Origin: Eledone cirrhosa
Lineage: Eukaryota
DNA length: 64,000 nt
Reading direction: 5' to 3'
Assembly (NCBI GenBank): GCA_964016885.1
Contig: OZ024743.1
Location: forward strand, 9,114,001 to 9,178,000
The notes under the pieces are model-generated. The model was not told where the DNA came from. It saw only the letters and a list, made by a program, of their open reading frames with translations, and did no database searches. The position numbers and the translations under genes were made by a program. Positions 42,701 through 58,298 of this stretch are shown here, one piece after another. Each line of letters starts with the position of its first letter. Position 1 is the first letter of the stretch.

Positions 42701-43534
42701 CACAAGTCTAATGTAATCCTAGACACACCAATCTAATGTGGTCCTAGACACACCAGTCTAATGTAATCCTAGACACACCAGTCTAATGTAGTCCTAGACA
42801 CACCAGTCTAATGTAATCCTAGACACACCAGTCTAATGTAATCCTAGACACACCAGTCTAATGTAATCCTAGACACACCAGTCTAATGTAGTCCTAGACA
42901 CACCAGTCTAATGTTAGTCCTAGACACACCAGTCTAATGTAGTCCTAGACACACCAGTCTAATATAGTCCTAGACACACCAGTCTAATGTGGTCCTAGAC
43001 ACACCAGTCTAATGTAGTCCTAGACACACCAGTCTAATGTGGTCCTAGACACACCAGTCTAATGTAGTCCTAGACACACCAGTCTAATGTAGTCCTAGAC
43101 ACACCAGTCTAATGTAGTTCTAGACACACCAGTCTAATGTAGTCCTAGACACACCAGTCTAATGTGGTCCTAGACACACCAGTCTAATGTGGTCTTAGAC
43201 ACACCAGTCTAATGTGGTCTTAGACACACCAGTGTAATGTGGTCTTAGACACACCAGTCTAATGTGGTCTTAGACACACCAGTCTAATGTGGTCTTAGAC
43301 ACACCAGTCTAATGTGGTTTTAGACACACCAGTCTAATGTAATCCTAGACACACCAGTCTAATGTGGTCTTAGACACACCAGTGTAATGAAATCCTAGAC
43401 ACACCAGTCTAATGTAATCCTAGACACACCAGTCTAATGTAGTCCTAGACACACCAGTCTAATGTGGTCTTAGACACACCAGTCTAATGTGGCCCTAGAC
43501 ACACTAGTCTAATGTTAGTCCTAAACACACCAGT
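36736..43534. repeat. 25-bp tandem satellite, about 270 copies (GACACACCAGTCTAATGTAGTCCTA)
   Basis: Contiguous head-to-tail units, no spacers, low divergence, recurrent variants (tgtggtctta, tgtaatccta, tgttagtccta). Confidence 0.98.
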
Positions 43535-43577
<43 letters not shown>

Positions 43578-43647
43578 GCTGCTGCTGGTGCTACTACTAC
43601 TACTGCTACTACTACCACCACCACCTCTACTACTACGACAACAACAG

Positions 43648-43700
<53 letters not shown>

Positions 43701-43767
43701 GCTGCTACTGCTGCTGCTGCTACTACTACTACTACTGCTACTACTACCACCACCACTACTACAACAG

Positions 43768-43831
<64 letters not shown>

Positions 43832-43855
43832 CTTTACTACTACTACTACCACCAC

Positions 43856-43934
<79 letters not shown>

Positions 43935-43937
43935 CTT

Positions 43938-44005
<68 letters not shown>
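43535..44005. repeat. Compound (TAC)n/(CAC)n/(TGC)n microsatellite
   Basis: Starts directly at the end of the 25-bp array. Confidence 0.95.
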
Positions 44006-44246
44006 GAGAGCAGTGCGGTACCAGTGTATGGCTAGGTAGCCTGATACCTCCTGTCCACCTGTCGACACAGAAGGAAACGGGTCGGATATTATAGAACAAG
44101 TAGTCCGAAGTTGCGTGTGCATATGTATGTTATATATATCATGTAATGTATGTATGTATGTATGTATGTATGTATGTGTGTATGTATGTATGTATGTATG
44201 TGTGTATGTATGTATATGCTTATGCTTGTGTACATATATATATATT

Positions 44247-44623
44247 CAGTGTACCCACAGCATTCTCAGTTCAGTTATTCGCGGAAATTTCCTTAGAACC
44301 AAACTAATAATAGATCGTGGAAATCATCACATATCCACGGAATCGTAAATATCCACGGAATCGTAAACATCTTCCGCGATATTTTATGGCTTTTTTCGCG
44401 TCAATCTATATATTTTTACCGCTTAATTTTTAATAACAATCTACCGTATTTGCCGGCCTACTGGACGCCCATTCGCATAAGACGCTCCCTCTGATTTTAT
44501 TATATTTATGTTATATTTTGACGTTTATAGGTAGGTATTTTCATGGACCATGTCCAAAATTCGCGATTTTTCACTCTTTGCGGGTGATCTACGTACGTAA
44601 CCCCCGCGAATACCAGGAGACAA

Positions 44624-44626
<3 letters not shown>
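44247..44626. mobile_element. Tigger/pogo-like non-autonomous element, with a possible nested terminus of another TcMar element (~44442)
   Basis: Ends cagtgtaccc...attcgcgg and ccgcgaataccaggagacaactg in TA context; internal taccgtatttgccggc...taagacgc. Confidence 0.5.
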
Positions 44627-44679
<53 letters not shown>

Positions 44680-44823
44680 CTGAGAATTTCAATTAACTCT
44701 GCTTAATATTTACAAACATAATCGGAGACACACAGACATGTGCCCACAGATTTCAGACAGTTGATCACAGTCATGCTGACGGACCACTAGCAACATTAAT
44801 TAAATCTTACCTCATCAGTCATT

Positions 44824-44877
<54 letters not shown>

Positions 44878-44992
44878 ATACTTGGGGAGGGTCATATTGT
44901 TGTAATAATATTGCCAGAATTAATAACAGAACACACTCACTGTTTGGTTGGTTTTCGTTTCTGTATCTTTTATATATATATATATATATATA

Positions 44993-45035
<43 letters not shown>

Positions 45036-45244
45036 GTTTCTACTGTATCTATGCATCTGTATGTATGTATGTATGTATGTATGTATGTATGTATGTATGT
45101 ATGTATGTATGTATGTATGTATGTATGTATTTATGTCTGTATGTATGTCTGTCTGCCTGTATGTGTGTGTGTGTATGTATGTATGTACGTGTGTACGTGT
45201 GTGTATGTAACAGGTAAACAGAAATAAAGCAAACGACACAGTGC

Positions 45245-45306
<62 letters not shown>

Positions 45307-46043
45307 GAAGAGACATTTAATTTGTTGGAAATCCAACAAATATAGATGTTTATAACTGATTCAGAGCGCTCAACAGTTTTCTGGAGTAAGTATTCAATGA
45401 TATTAAATAAATGGAAACTATATTTATAAAACCACATTTATTTTATCATATATATTTCAAGGGTACCAAAAATGTTGGTACGCTATCATCAGATAAAATA
45501 CAAAATGTTTTATAAATATTTGACTTAACCAAAGATAATATACTTTAACGGTTCAAGTTATCCCTGGAAATATATATATATATTGGCAAAGAACAAAACA
45601 AAAACAAGGAGTGCAGTACGAACAGTGTTGGTATTAGGTTCACGTTTGAGAGTGATGCATTTATATACTCTTTTACCCTTTTACCTGTTTCAGCCATCCG
45701 GCTGAGGCCATACCTATATGTATGTATACATAAATATGTATACATACATATAGGTGTATATGCATATATATATATATATATATAAATGCATCCATCTCTG
45801 TAGTTTTCGGTATTCCGGCACAGAGAAAAGGGATCAATACGAAAGTAGAAGTATATATTTATTATATAACTGATATAACTCTCTGTTGCTACTCCGAGTT
45901 TCGTATACTGCCGCTTAACAGTCAACTCTGTTGTACTCCAGCAGCAAACCGCCAAACTCACTATCAACAGAGTAATGTTAGTTATATAATGTATGTATGT
46001 ATGTATTTGTGTATATATGTATGTATTTGTGTATGTAGGTATG

Positions 46044-46100
<57 letters not shown>

Positions 46101-46116
46101 TTCTCTCTCTCCCTTA

Positions 46117-46199
<83 letters not shown>

Positions 46200-46382
46200 T
46201 ACATACCTGCATACATAAATACACACATATATATATATATACCTACATATACACACATATATATATATATATGTATATACATGCATTTATATATGCATAT
46301 ATATATACATATATATATATACATATATATATTATATATATATATAATATATATATGGATATATATGCATATATAAATGCAT

Positions 46383-47017
<635 letters not shown>

Positions 47018-47179
47018 AACTAAACGATCTACATTGATTGATATTTCATACAGAGAATATTTTGAAATTTTGCATTAATATTTCTTCCCATAGATTATGT
47101 GTGATTTTGATTAGTGAATTAATTAGGTTTCGTACACTTATTGATCTGTGCATCGAACACCACACACCTCTCGCTGCAT

Positions 47180-48466
47180 TACCACTACCATCACCATCAC
47201 CATCACCGTCATCATCATCATCACCATCTTAATTATCACCACCGCCAACACCATCACCATCACCATCACCACTACCATCACCATCACCATCATCATCAAC
47301 ACCATCACCACCATCACCATCACCACCATCATCACCATCACCATCATCACCATCATCACCACCACCACCATCACCACCATCACCATCACCACCATCATCA
47401 CCATCACCATCATCACCATCATCACCACCACCACCATCACCATTATCACCCCCACCACCACCATCATCATCATCACCACCATCACCATCACCATCACCAC
47501 CACCACCACCATCACCATCACCACCACCACCATCACCACCACCATCACCACCACCACCACCACCACCACCATCACCACCACCACCACCACCACCACCACC
47601 ATCACCACCACCACCATCACCACCACCACCACCATCACCACCACCATCACCATCACCACCACCACCACCATCACCACCACCACCACCATCACCACCACCA
47701 CCATCACCACCACCATCACCACCATCATCACCATCACCACCACCACCATCATCACCACCACCATCACAACCACCACCACCATCACCACCACCATCACCAT
47801 CACCACCACCACCATCACCACCACCATCACAACCACCACCACCATCACCACCACCATCACCATCACCACCACCACCATCACCACCATCACCACCACCATC
47901 ACCATCACCACCATCATCACCACCATCACCACCACCATCACCATCACCACCACCACCACCATCACCATCACCACCACCACCATCACCACCATCACCACCA
48001 CCATCACCATCACCATCACCACCACCATCACCACCATCACCACCATCACCACCACCATCACCATCACCACCATCACCACCACCATCACAACCACCACCAC
48101 CATCACCACCACCACCACCACCACCACCACCATCACCACCACCACCATCACCACCACCACCATCACCACCACCACCACCACCATCACCACCACCACCACC
48201 ACCATCACCACCACCACCACCATCACCACCACCACCACAATCACCATCACCACCATCACCATCACCACCACCACCACCATCACCACCACCACCATCATCA
48301 CCATCACCATCATCACCATCACCACCACCACCACCATCACCACCACCACCACCATCACCACCACCACCATCACCACCACCACCACCATCACCACCACCAC
48401 CACCATCACCACCATCACCACCACCACCACCACCACCACCACCACCACCACCACCACCACCACCAT

Positions 48467-48498
<32 letters not shown>

Positions 48499-48502
48499 CC
48501 AT
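47180..48502. repeat. (CAC/CAT)n trinucleotide array, ~1.3 kb
   Basis: Source of the poly-H, poly-T/I and poly-V/M ORFs. Confidence 0.96.
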
Positions 48503-48649
48503 CGACGTAGTCGTCGTTATAGTTGCTGTTTTTCTCATATTTGCTGTTGTGGTCGTTATTATTATTATTATTATTAATAATAATAATAATAATTATTATT
48601 CTTTATTCTGATGAATAAAGAAATCATCATTATTATTGTTATTATAATG

Positions 48650-48779
48650 CTTTGCAGCCTAGAGTTACGTCCCTTTATGGTCTGAGTTCAAATCCTGCCG
48701 AGGTTAACTTTGCCTTTCATTCTTCAGTAATGTACTAGGTAATTGCTTGCCTTGTGCCTAAAGTAGAGACAATTATTAT
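48650..48779 (+). mobile_element. Internally deleted SINE whose tail runs into (GTT)n
   Basis: gagttcaaatcctgccgaggttaactttgcctttcat...aagtagagacaattatt. Confidence 0.8.
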
Positions 48780-48829
48780 TGCTGCTGTTGTTATTGTTGC
48801 TGTTGTCTTTATTGTTGTTGTTGTCTTTA

Positions 48830-48860
<31 letters not shown>

Positions 48861-49027
48861 CTTTGTTGTTGTTGTTGTTGTCTTTGTTGTTGTTGTTGTT
48901 GTTGTTGTCTTTGTTGTTGTTGTATTTGTTGTTGTTGTTGTCTTTGTTGTTGTCTTTGTTGTTGTTGTTGTTTTTGTTGGTATTGTCTTTATTGTTGTTG
49001 TTGTTGTTGTTGTCTTTGTTGTTGTCT

Positions 49028-49059
<32 letters not shown>

Positions 49060-49087
49060 GCTGTTATCTTTATTGTTGTTGTTGTCT

Positions 49088-49133
<46 letters not shown>

Positions 49134-49318
49134 CTTTGTTGTTGTTGTTGTTTTTGTTGTTGTTGCTGTTGTCTTTATTGTTGTTGTTGTTGTTGTCTTT
49201 GTTGTTGTTGTTGTCTTTGTTGTTGTTGTTGTTGTCTTTGTTGTTGTTGTTGTTTTTGTTGTTGTTGTTGCTGTTGTCATTATTGTTGTTGTTGTTGTTG
49301 TCTTTGTTGTTGTAGTCT

Positions 49319-49353
<35 letters not shown>

Positions 49354-49409
49354 GCTGTTGTTGTTGCTGTTGCTGTTGTCTTTGTTGTTGTTGCTGTTGT
49401 TGTCTTTGC

Positions 49410-49445
<36 letters not shown>

Positions 49446-49527
49446 CGTTGTTGATGTTGTCTTTGTTGTTGTTGTTGTTGTTGTTGTTGCTGTTGTCTTT
49501 ATTGTTGTTGTCGTTGCTGTTGTCTTT

Positions 49528-49586
<59 letters not shown>

Positions 49587-49702
49587 CTTTGTTGATGTTG
49601 TTGCTGTTGTCTTTGTTGATGTTGTTGCTGTTGTCTTTGTTGATGTTGTTGTTGTTGTTGTTGCTGTTGTCTTTGTTGATGTTGTTGTTGTTGCTGTTGT
49701 CT

Positions 49703-49741
<39 letters not shown>

Positions 49742-49872
49742 CTGTTGCCTTTGTTGTTGTTGTTGTTGCTGTTGTCTTTGTTGATGTTGTTGTTGTTGTT
49801 GTTTTTGTTGTTATTGTTGATGTTGTTGTTGACGTTGCCTTTGTTTCTGCTGCTGTTGTTGTTGCTGCTGCT
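48780..49872. repeat. (GTT)n array with GTC-TTT, GCT and GAT variants, ~1.1 kb
   Basis: Triplet repeat; source of the poly-V, poly-L and T/K ORFs. Confidence 0.95.
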
Positions 49873-50275
49873 ATTATGAAGAAGAGGAGCAGGTTATTAT
49901 TAAAAGAGATGAGATACACGGCGGAGCAGAGCAATATTGGACGAGGGCAAGTTAGAGATGCCAACATCTAAAACGGCCTCATTGATCGCCAGTAGCCGCA
50001 GTTAGGTTGGCATTCACATTCAATAGAAAACCAATTCCGGAGGAGCTCAGTCTGAAAAAACAAAAAAACAAAAACAGAAACGCACACACACACACGCACA
50101 CACACACACACACACACATATATATACATATACACATATACACATATATACACACACGCACTCACACACACACATATATACACACTGACACACATACACA
50201 CATACACATACCCACATATACACATACACACATACACACATACACATGTGCACATACACACACACATGCACACAT

Positions 50276-50308
<33 letters not shown>

Positions 50309-50564
50309 CACACGTGCACATACAAAACAACAAGCGAGTAAAAACACAAAAAGAACAAAGAAAACAATGAACACAACAATAACAATAACAACCACAAAGG
50401 CATCACAGCAGCTGTAACTAGTATTACAGTAAGAGCATCATTATCATCTTCACCACCGCCACCATAGCACCGTCACTTACACCACCACCATCACCTCACC
50501 ACTATCACCACTATCACCACCACTATCACCATCACCACCAAAAATAAATTAATTTCAACATTGC

Positions 50565-51400
50565 ACTAGCGTCGTCCATCGACCAGGCGCTCGATACCGA
50601 CAGCCCGCAAAACTGGAACAAGCACTTCAATTTTGCCTCGTTTATACTTTGAATCTCGATGACTGGGGTGGATTAGGTCCCCTCTTTGATTTCGCGGCCC
50701 AGAGGCATCGTAACTTTCTTTGACCACCCCTCACCAATCAGCTTCCCACTTCTCTCACACTGGCAACCTACACCAACCCCCTAACACCGTGCACAAAGTC
50801 ACCTTCTGACTGTACGAAACAGCTGCGTGACCGACTCAATTGCATATTTATCGAGGGTAACGTTTTAGCTGCTGTGCGTGTGCTGGCGTCGAGCGGCACG
50901 GTACTCCAACCCACATTGGAGATCTTGGCTGCTCTCCGTCTTAAGTACCCGTCCCACTGGTCGATATCAGGGCCTTCCAGATATCTGACAGTGTATGCGT
51001 CCAGCAAGGATCTGACAGCAGTCGTGGAATCCTTCCTAGCGGACAGCAGTGGCGGAATGGATGGCCTGCGATTCGACCACCCTAGAGACCTAATCTCGTC
51101 ATACTCCGGTGATACGGGAACACCAAGCTCGTGATCTTTTATTCTCAGTCAACTTTACGGCGTTGAAGAAGAATGATGGTGGCATGTGACCCATCCAGTG
51201 GGCAACGTCATTTCGCGCAGGGTGTTGATGACATCACCTACTTAGTCCGCTCTTCCTTCAATGTCTGCTACTTGGATAATCGCGACTCTGGGAGGCTCGA
51301 TTGAGTCTTTTGCTGAGGATCTTCAGCGGATCATCTCTGCCTGAAGGCACCTAGGACTGGAGATCAGCCCTGAGGTCATCAGTAAGCTACGGCCAAGCCA
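50565..51400 (+). pseudogene. Decayed CRE-like non-LTR retrotransposon RT region
   Basis: EGNVLAAVRVLAS, LAALRLKYP, ESFLADSSGGMDGLRFDHPRDL (cf. SFxxGSAGGPDGLRPQHLKDL), TALKKNDGGM*PI (cf. ALxKKDGGIRPIAVG), CYLD...TLGGS. Confidence 0.72.
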
Positions 51401-51821
51401 AATTCCAAGACACCGTATTCAGCATCGATCCTGTTCTGATTGGGGCTCGGCTGATTCCGAAGGATGCCGTCTGCATTCTCGGGTCTTCAATCCCCCCGAA
51501 AGCCATACGTGAGTACCAGAAGACCAAGCATGCAGACCTGACGAGTATGAAATGGAGTGACTTGTGCAGCGGGTATTTCTGGCCATTCTCTGCGGTAATG
51601 CGTTTTCCAGTTTGTCGGCGAGACACGGCTGAGGCACCATTCTGCCTGGGGTAGAGTGTCTGTCACGCCCTCTCTCTATTTCTTTCGTTGCTACTTGATT
51701 CTTTTTTTTTATTGTTCTTTTCATTTTTTGGGGTTCTCTTTAACACAGTTTTGTTTTTGTAGAAGGAAGCTATACACACGATGAAATGAACTACTACTAC
51801 TACTACTACTACTACCATGAT

Positions 51822-51895
<74 letters not shown>

Positions 51896-52143
51896 AAGTG
51901 AAAGTAGAATCGATGTGAATGAACCTAAAATGAAACACGAAAGAAAGAAACAAAATAAAATGACAGAAATGAAAGCAAGGGATAGGCGATCCAATGGTGT
52001 GTGTGTAGGTGGGGGGTGGTGGTAAAGAGATTGAAGGACCAAAGTTGGCTGCATTATCTTTAGTAGCATTGGCCTAATTTACCTTTTATGCTATTATGAG
52101 CACTTTTTATGCAATATTAGATAAGATTTCTTCAATCAATCAA

Positions 52144-52201
<58 letters not shown>

Positions 52202-52256
52202 TTATTTATTTCTGTCTGTCTGTCTCTCTCTCTCCCACTTTCTCCCACTCTCTCTC

Positions 52257-52333
<77 letters not shown>

Positions 52334-52416
52334 GGAAAATTTTAACAGGAACAAAACAGAGAGGCAGTACAACGAATGTTTATTAATTTCACGCTCTTGA
52401 GAGTGGGGTGGTGGTG

Positions 52417-52452
<36 letters not shown>

Positions 52453-52458
52453 CTGTGA

Positions 52459-52596
<138 letters not shown>

Positions 52597-52790
52597 ATAT
52601 ATCCAGGCCCGTGCAAACTAGTAATAAGCTCAGTTTAGATATAAGGTATAGGCAAAGTTTCACACTGAAAACATATAAAGAACAAACGAACAAACGCATC
52701 CGTAACCTTCGCCAGTCACTCACTGTGAATACGATTTCGTGCATAACGTTGGTATCATATTTTTACCCCTGGGATACCAAACGCCCTGAT

Positions 52791-52968
52791 ATAATTGTTT
52801 CTACTTTAGGCACAAGGCCAGCAATTATCCCAGTGTATTACTGGTACTTTATTTTATCGACCCCGTAAGGATGAAAGGCAAAGTTAACCTCGGCGGGATT
52901 TGAACTCAGAATGGCAAGGGCCGTAACTCTATGCGTCAAAGCATGGCGCCTAACCTTCTACCGATACT
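52791..52968 (-). mobile_element. Near-full SINE
   Basis: Family match. Confidence 0.9.
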
Positions 52969-53970
52969 TAGCCGCTGGAAAGATGCGTGTGTAACAACCA
53001 AAACAACAACATAGGAACAGTCGAACAATCGAATTAAAATGACAACGAACATCAAAGAGGGTACATACACAGATACACAAATACTTTATGATTGGGATAA
53101 GACCAGAAACTATACAGTGTTGTTTCATTTAAACTGCTTATCATGTATTTTAGTAATCAGTGTTACAGACATAAACAGAATAAAAGAAATAGAATTTGGG
53201 TTGAGTTGTCACCCCTTAAATTGATTCCAAAATTCCAGCAGTTTCTAAACTCTAGTAAGGACAAAGATTTTTTTCAATGTTATTAAAACACTGCTTGTTT
53301 ATTGATAAATGTGTTTCCTTCAATAGAAATATGTTTTGTATAGAAGATCCCTCAATAAAGAAAATAAAAGCACCAAACGGTTTCCATGACGATTTTATTG
53401 TCTTGGAATCCCAGAATACAGAAAAGGGTATCAGCGGATGGAGGCATCCAAATGTTGGTTGGACAACATGGAATCGACAACAGATGAATAATTACTAATT
53501 GCTTACTCCTGACCAAAGCAATGTTAAAATTGTGTTCTATTAAACAGAATATGCTTCATTAAGAATAAATCTGGAATTTATTTTGCACAGACACACAGAC
53601 ACTCACATACTTACATACTCACACACACGCATTCCCTTATGGTTCAGTTAACCCGAAAGTGTAGCAAACACGATAATAACTTTCAGTCCACCTTACTACC
53701 CGCCTGCGACCTCTGTATCATGTATTAATTTCTCCCTCCACCTTTTGAGATATTTTCACTTGTTACAAGGGAATCAGCCCTCTTTCTTGACCGATGTATC
53801 ACGTGCTAATTCCTCCCTCCTCCTCCAAACAGTCCTTTTCCCTGAGATGTGCCTTCACAAGCTGATTGGCCTCACAACGTTATTGCAAATCTATAATGTA
53901 CAATTGTTGCATACAGATCAGCGAAACTGTAGAGTTGGGGACTTTGAAGAAATGTCTATTATTTCCTTTT

Positions 53971-54189
53971 AAAGTACCAGTAATACACTGGTAATTGCTG
54001 GCCTTGTGCCAAAAGTAGAAACAATTATATATATATATATATAAGGCGGTGGTTTGGCAGTATCGGTAGAAGGTCGGACGCCATGCTTTGAAGCCGAGGT
54101 TAACTTTGCCTTTCATCCTTACGGGGTCGATAAAATAAAGTACCAGTAATGCACTGGATAATTGCTGGCCTTGTGCCAAAAGTAGAAAC

Positions 54190-54195
<6 letters not shown>
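53971..54195 (+). mobile_element. Two tandem SINE pieces (3' tail, then an internally deleted copy starting GGCGGTGG)
   Basis: The second copy lacks the box B segment. Confidence 0.85.
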
Positions 54196-54269
<74 letters not shown>

Positions 54270-54849
54270 TAAAATAACAGATTAAAGTTTAAGCAAAGAA
54301 TCGCTGCTTTCACCCTTAATGGGATCTTCTGAAACTTAAAACTAAAACTGAATACTAACCAATACTTATTACTAATTTTTACTTATTCCTAATTAAACTA
54401 TTTTTCACTGGGAACAATTTGTCAGCATTTTCTTTTTCTTTTACTAATATATCACAACTCGTGTGTTACACCTCTATTCTTTTAAATATATATATATATA
54501 TGATAGAAAAACGAGGAAATTTCGACTACATATCAAAAATATTTATTGTGTATCGACCTGTTACGCGCGTTTCGCAGAGGATGTAAACGAAACTCCTCGT
54601 TTTTTTTCTCTATTATATGCACTCTGCCTGTGCATAGAGTGCTTGATTTGGTACCAATACCAGCAATTCCCCGTACTACCCACACATTATATATATATGT
54701 GTGTGTGTATAACAAATTCAGATGATATGTACAAGTACTTAAAACATTTTAAGAATTCTTACCTATCCTCTGACTTTGTTGTATATGCTTTTTGTTATAT
54801 ATGTTAGGTTTTCTGCTGCTCTTAAATGACACCTGTTTATCTTTCATCT

Positions 54850-55735
54850 CCACTTCGACATTCTATACAGGGTTAGTACGTCACAAGTGCAACGACGTGC
54901 TTGGAGAGACTCTGGGCGTTGAAGACGACGCGCTCACCAGTCTGTTCGGTAGGACTTTCCGCCCGGGACCTATGGACAACCTATGGCACTGCTACCGAGG
55001 AGCTCTACCAGTTCGAGACAAGATCTACAGGCACCGACGCCCCGGCAGGGATCCTTCCAAGAGGACGTGTCCAAGATGCGAGTAGGACATTGAAACCGTC
55101 CTACACGCAATTGTACACTGCCCGGGCGTAACCGACCTGTGGAACTACGCAGAACAACTGCTGTCACGTATGGGACACATCCAGTTGACTGCCGAGTCCT
55201 TAGTAAGGATCAAACTGCCAACTTCTTTCAAAAACGAAAGAGAGGCGGTTTTCCTCTGTATAGTGGCTATGGTGAAAGAAGTTATATGGTGGACGAGATT
55301 GAGAGGACTGAGGACAGATGCCTTTCTCTCCGGACAACAACTCATTCCCTTCTTTATGTACCACTTTAGAAGGAGAATCAGAGAGGAGAGAGAGGCACTG
55401 CACCGCAGTAAATTTACTGAAAGGTGGGTGAATATAGCAAAAAAGGCCTGAGTTTTTGGGCCTTCTCTGTATATAAACCTGTAGGTTGAAGAAGAGAGAA
55501 AAAGGAAGGAAGGAAGGAGAACTTGCACAACACGTTCCTGAAGTTGAGGGTTGTTCTATCGACGGGGTATTAAACAAGCCATTTGTAACGCCTCCTCTCT
55601 ATTGGGGATTTGGATTGTTAAATTTGTTTGTTTTAATAATATTTTTACACAACTATATGTAAAATCCTCGGCATGTGTCTTTGTATTGTCCCATTTTCTT
55701 GTGCGCCCTTGTGGCAAATAAAGAAATATATCTAT
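54850..55735 (+). mobile_element. Tx1/L1-like LINE 3' portion: ORF2 zinc-knuckle region plus 3' UTR
   Basis: One frame with internal stops: LWHCYRGALPVRDK...CPRCE*DIETVLHAIVHC (CCHC), IWWTR, FTERW; 3' UTR ends aataaagaaatatatctat. Confidence 0.85.
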
Positions 55736-55796
55736 GAATACATTGAACTTAAACTATATTACTGACTGGCAATCTCTCTTCAGTTAACTTAATGTT

Positions 55797-55827
<31 letters not shown>

Positions 55828-55925
55828 ACATATATATGTGTGTGTGTGATGTGTGTGTGTGATGTGTGTGTCTGAGTATAATATATCTATATTGTTATTT
55901 TCTACTAGTGCTATAGACATACACA

Positions 55926-56040
<115 letters not shown>

Positions 56041-58298
56041 TTCAGATATAGGTACCGTTGTAGGACTTCAGGACTTCAAAGTAAAAATAAATATGCTTTT
56101 CATTCTAGAACGTATTACAGTCTTTCTTGTATAACCGGTCTTCTTAGTTTTCATATTACCTCATATTTTTGTATAGAGTTCGTTTCCCTATGAGGTGAGG
56201 TTGGCGTGTAATGCTGCTTTTATGTTTGTAAATAGGTTATGTTATGTTTACTTTATCATTGTACTCCATGTTGCACCCACCTTTAGATATTTATTTTTCT
56301 GGGGGGCTGTAGAGTATGTGCCAATATTTTCAAAGTATTTGTGGCTTGTGTAGTGTCGTGCTGTGCAATAGCTCCCTGTTGTTGGTTCTGTTGCTGGGTT
56401 GCAGATCAACCTTGGCTGAGCAAATTTTCCAGCCGTAGTCACCCTGTCATTTTCCTATATGTTTAGAACCAGAACCACATTATTCAACATATCTTCAGAT
56501 AGAGATGTCACCTGAAAACGATTAAGATTCAACCTTTTCGCAGGTCGAGTGACCAAATAGTGATTTCCTCATTGTTTTGTCGGTAGAATATGAGTATCAA
56601 ACGAAGATAAATTCCTCAACTTCTCACCAAACACACTCAGCTTAGTTCAAATTAAACTCTTCAACTTCAGTACCAACATTCATTTAAACATCGAAATGTG
56701 ACAAAAATAGTAAATCGTTAAAATCACACTACTCAACATAGTCTTATAAAATCTCCGAGATAAAAACAAACAACATAGACTATAATATTTAATGCTCACT
56801 TGGAAGTAAATGCAATAAAAATAGATACATAACAATAAACAAATGGTCTAAACGAAAATTAAACACGTTCTGTCTGATGTGAAACAAAAATAACAACAGA
56901 CAGTTTATATGAATGACAAAAATAAGATATTGGGAATAAAGTATAAAGACGAATATATTGCAAAAATTAACAATCTATTCAACGGCAAAAGCAAATATGC
57001 AGGTACTAAAAATGATACCACCTAATTAAAAGTTAAACTGAATAAACTAATTACGGTGTTAATAAAAAAGAAAACACCAATGCAGACGATCGTTAAGCAA
57101 TTAGAAACATAATGAAACATTACTAACTGGAGAAATGCAATATACCATCATTCAAAAGAGTTTATAGATATCTTGTGTGTATCAATGTTCGAGTGTCAAA
57201 AGAGTAAACAATAGATATGTTATTTAATAATATACACAAGCACACAATAATAATACTATCAACCATATCAGCTAACAAACTGGAAAAACAAACCGTGTCC
57301 TGTAAATGAAAAGTACTCTTTCACTGTCTACGACAAAATACATATAAGAAAAATGATTGAGTAGTTATAGCTTTTTCCTAAGACTCTCATACCGCAGCGT
57401 TCAGCGTAACTTCAATAGAAAACAAAGTGGGACTACGTTATATAGCCGATATAATAGACAAACCGGAACACGTAGAGAAATTACAGGAGCCACACAAAAT
57501 GAATTCGTACAGTAGCGAGGTGTGATAGGGGAAAGATGAGTGGTCCACCCCAGGATATACGTTCATGGGGCAGCACCTTATGAGGGAGTCATTGTGTAAT
57601 ATGTTATATATTGTGTGTGTTTTCTTTGGGGTGGGTAGGGGGGATCCAATGGTGGCACGAATGACTCTCACTCTAACCACGCTCCTCACTCTAGTAAAAT
57701 TCCACATCCACAACGGTTTACATAAAATTCCAACAATTCACAGATTCTATTTCTTGACAAATGTGCAGAAAAATAATATACAACACGTCTGTTGACGTCT
57801 AAGACGCAAATAAATATAGACTTAAATAGAGACAGCGAATGCTCATACAGATACAAAATGTAAGCGGTTAAAATCCCTATTTAAAACAACATCTAGATTC
57901 ATTCTCCAAACAAATGAATCGATAAAGAAATCAACATAAATAAACCCGAATTAACAAAGGGTATTTATTCTAACAAATCAATACAACGAGGACTACAACG
58001 TAATATACACACATTATAAAGATACACAAACCACAAAAGCAGTGTACTGTATAAATTAAATGCAATATTTCTGGTGGTTAAACTGATTATATATGGGTGC
58101 AGGGCCAATTACGTAATGGGGTCGTAGTGACTGTAGCTTATTATAGAAGCGACGTAGTGTGACGGATATAGCCTAATGTATTGTGTCACCCCTACCAGTA
58201 ATTGGTACAGGCTGGTAGTTGTTTTGCCGGAATTGAGGTATGGATTTGAAGAGCGTGTGTGACTTTTACTTTTCTTTGCACATATATATATATATAAA

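Noticed and set aside
36736-43534. CRISPR-like array
   Set aside because: Units are contiguous with no unique spacers, there are no cas genes, and the context is eukaryotic.
43484-44099. Poly-T/Y/L/V/S ORFs
   Set aside because: Translations of the (TAC)n microsatellite.
44740-44822. Minus-strand CTGATGAG...GAAA hammerhead
   Set aside because: Stem II does not pair properly and no stem I partner is evident.
47138-48611. Poly-His, Thr/Ile and Val/Met ORFs of 466-487 aa (e.g. a His-rich structural protein)
   Set aside because: Open in several frames on both strands because the triplet repeat lacks stops; no signal peptide or complex sequence.
48735-49971. Mucin-like Thr/Lys-rich ORF (410 aa, - strand)
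   Set aside because: A (GTT)n expansion whose ORF ends inside an antisense SINE; frame preservation is expected from triplet slippage. Only expression data could rescue it.
57438-57795. Overlapping ORFs as a gene or Penelope ORF fragment
   Set aside because: No recognisable domain motifs or convincing splice signals.
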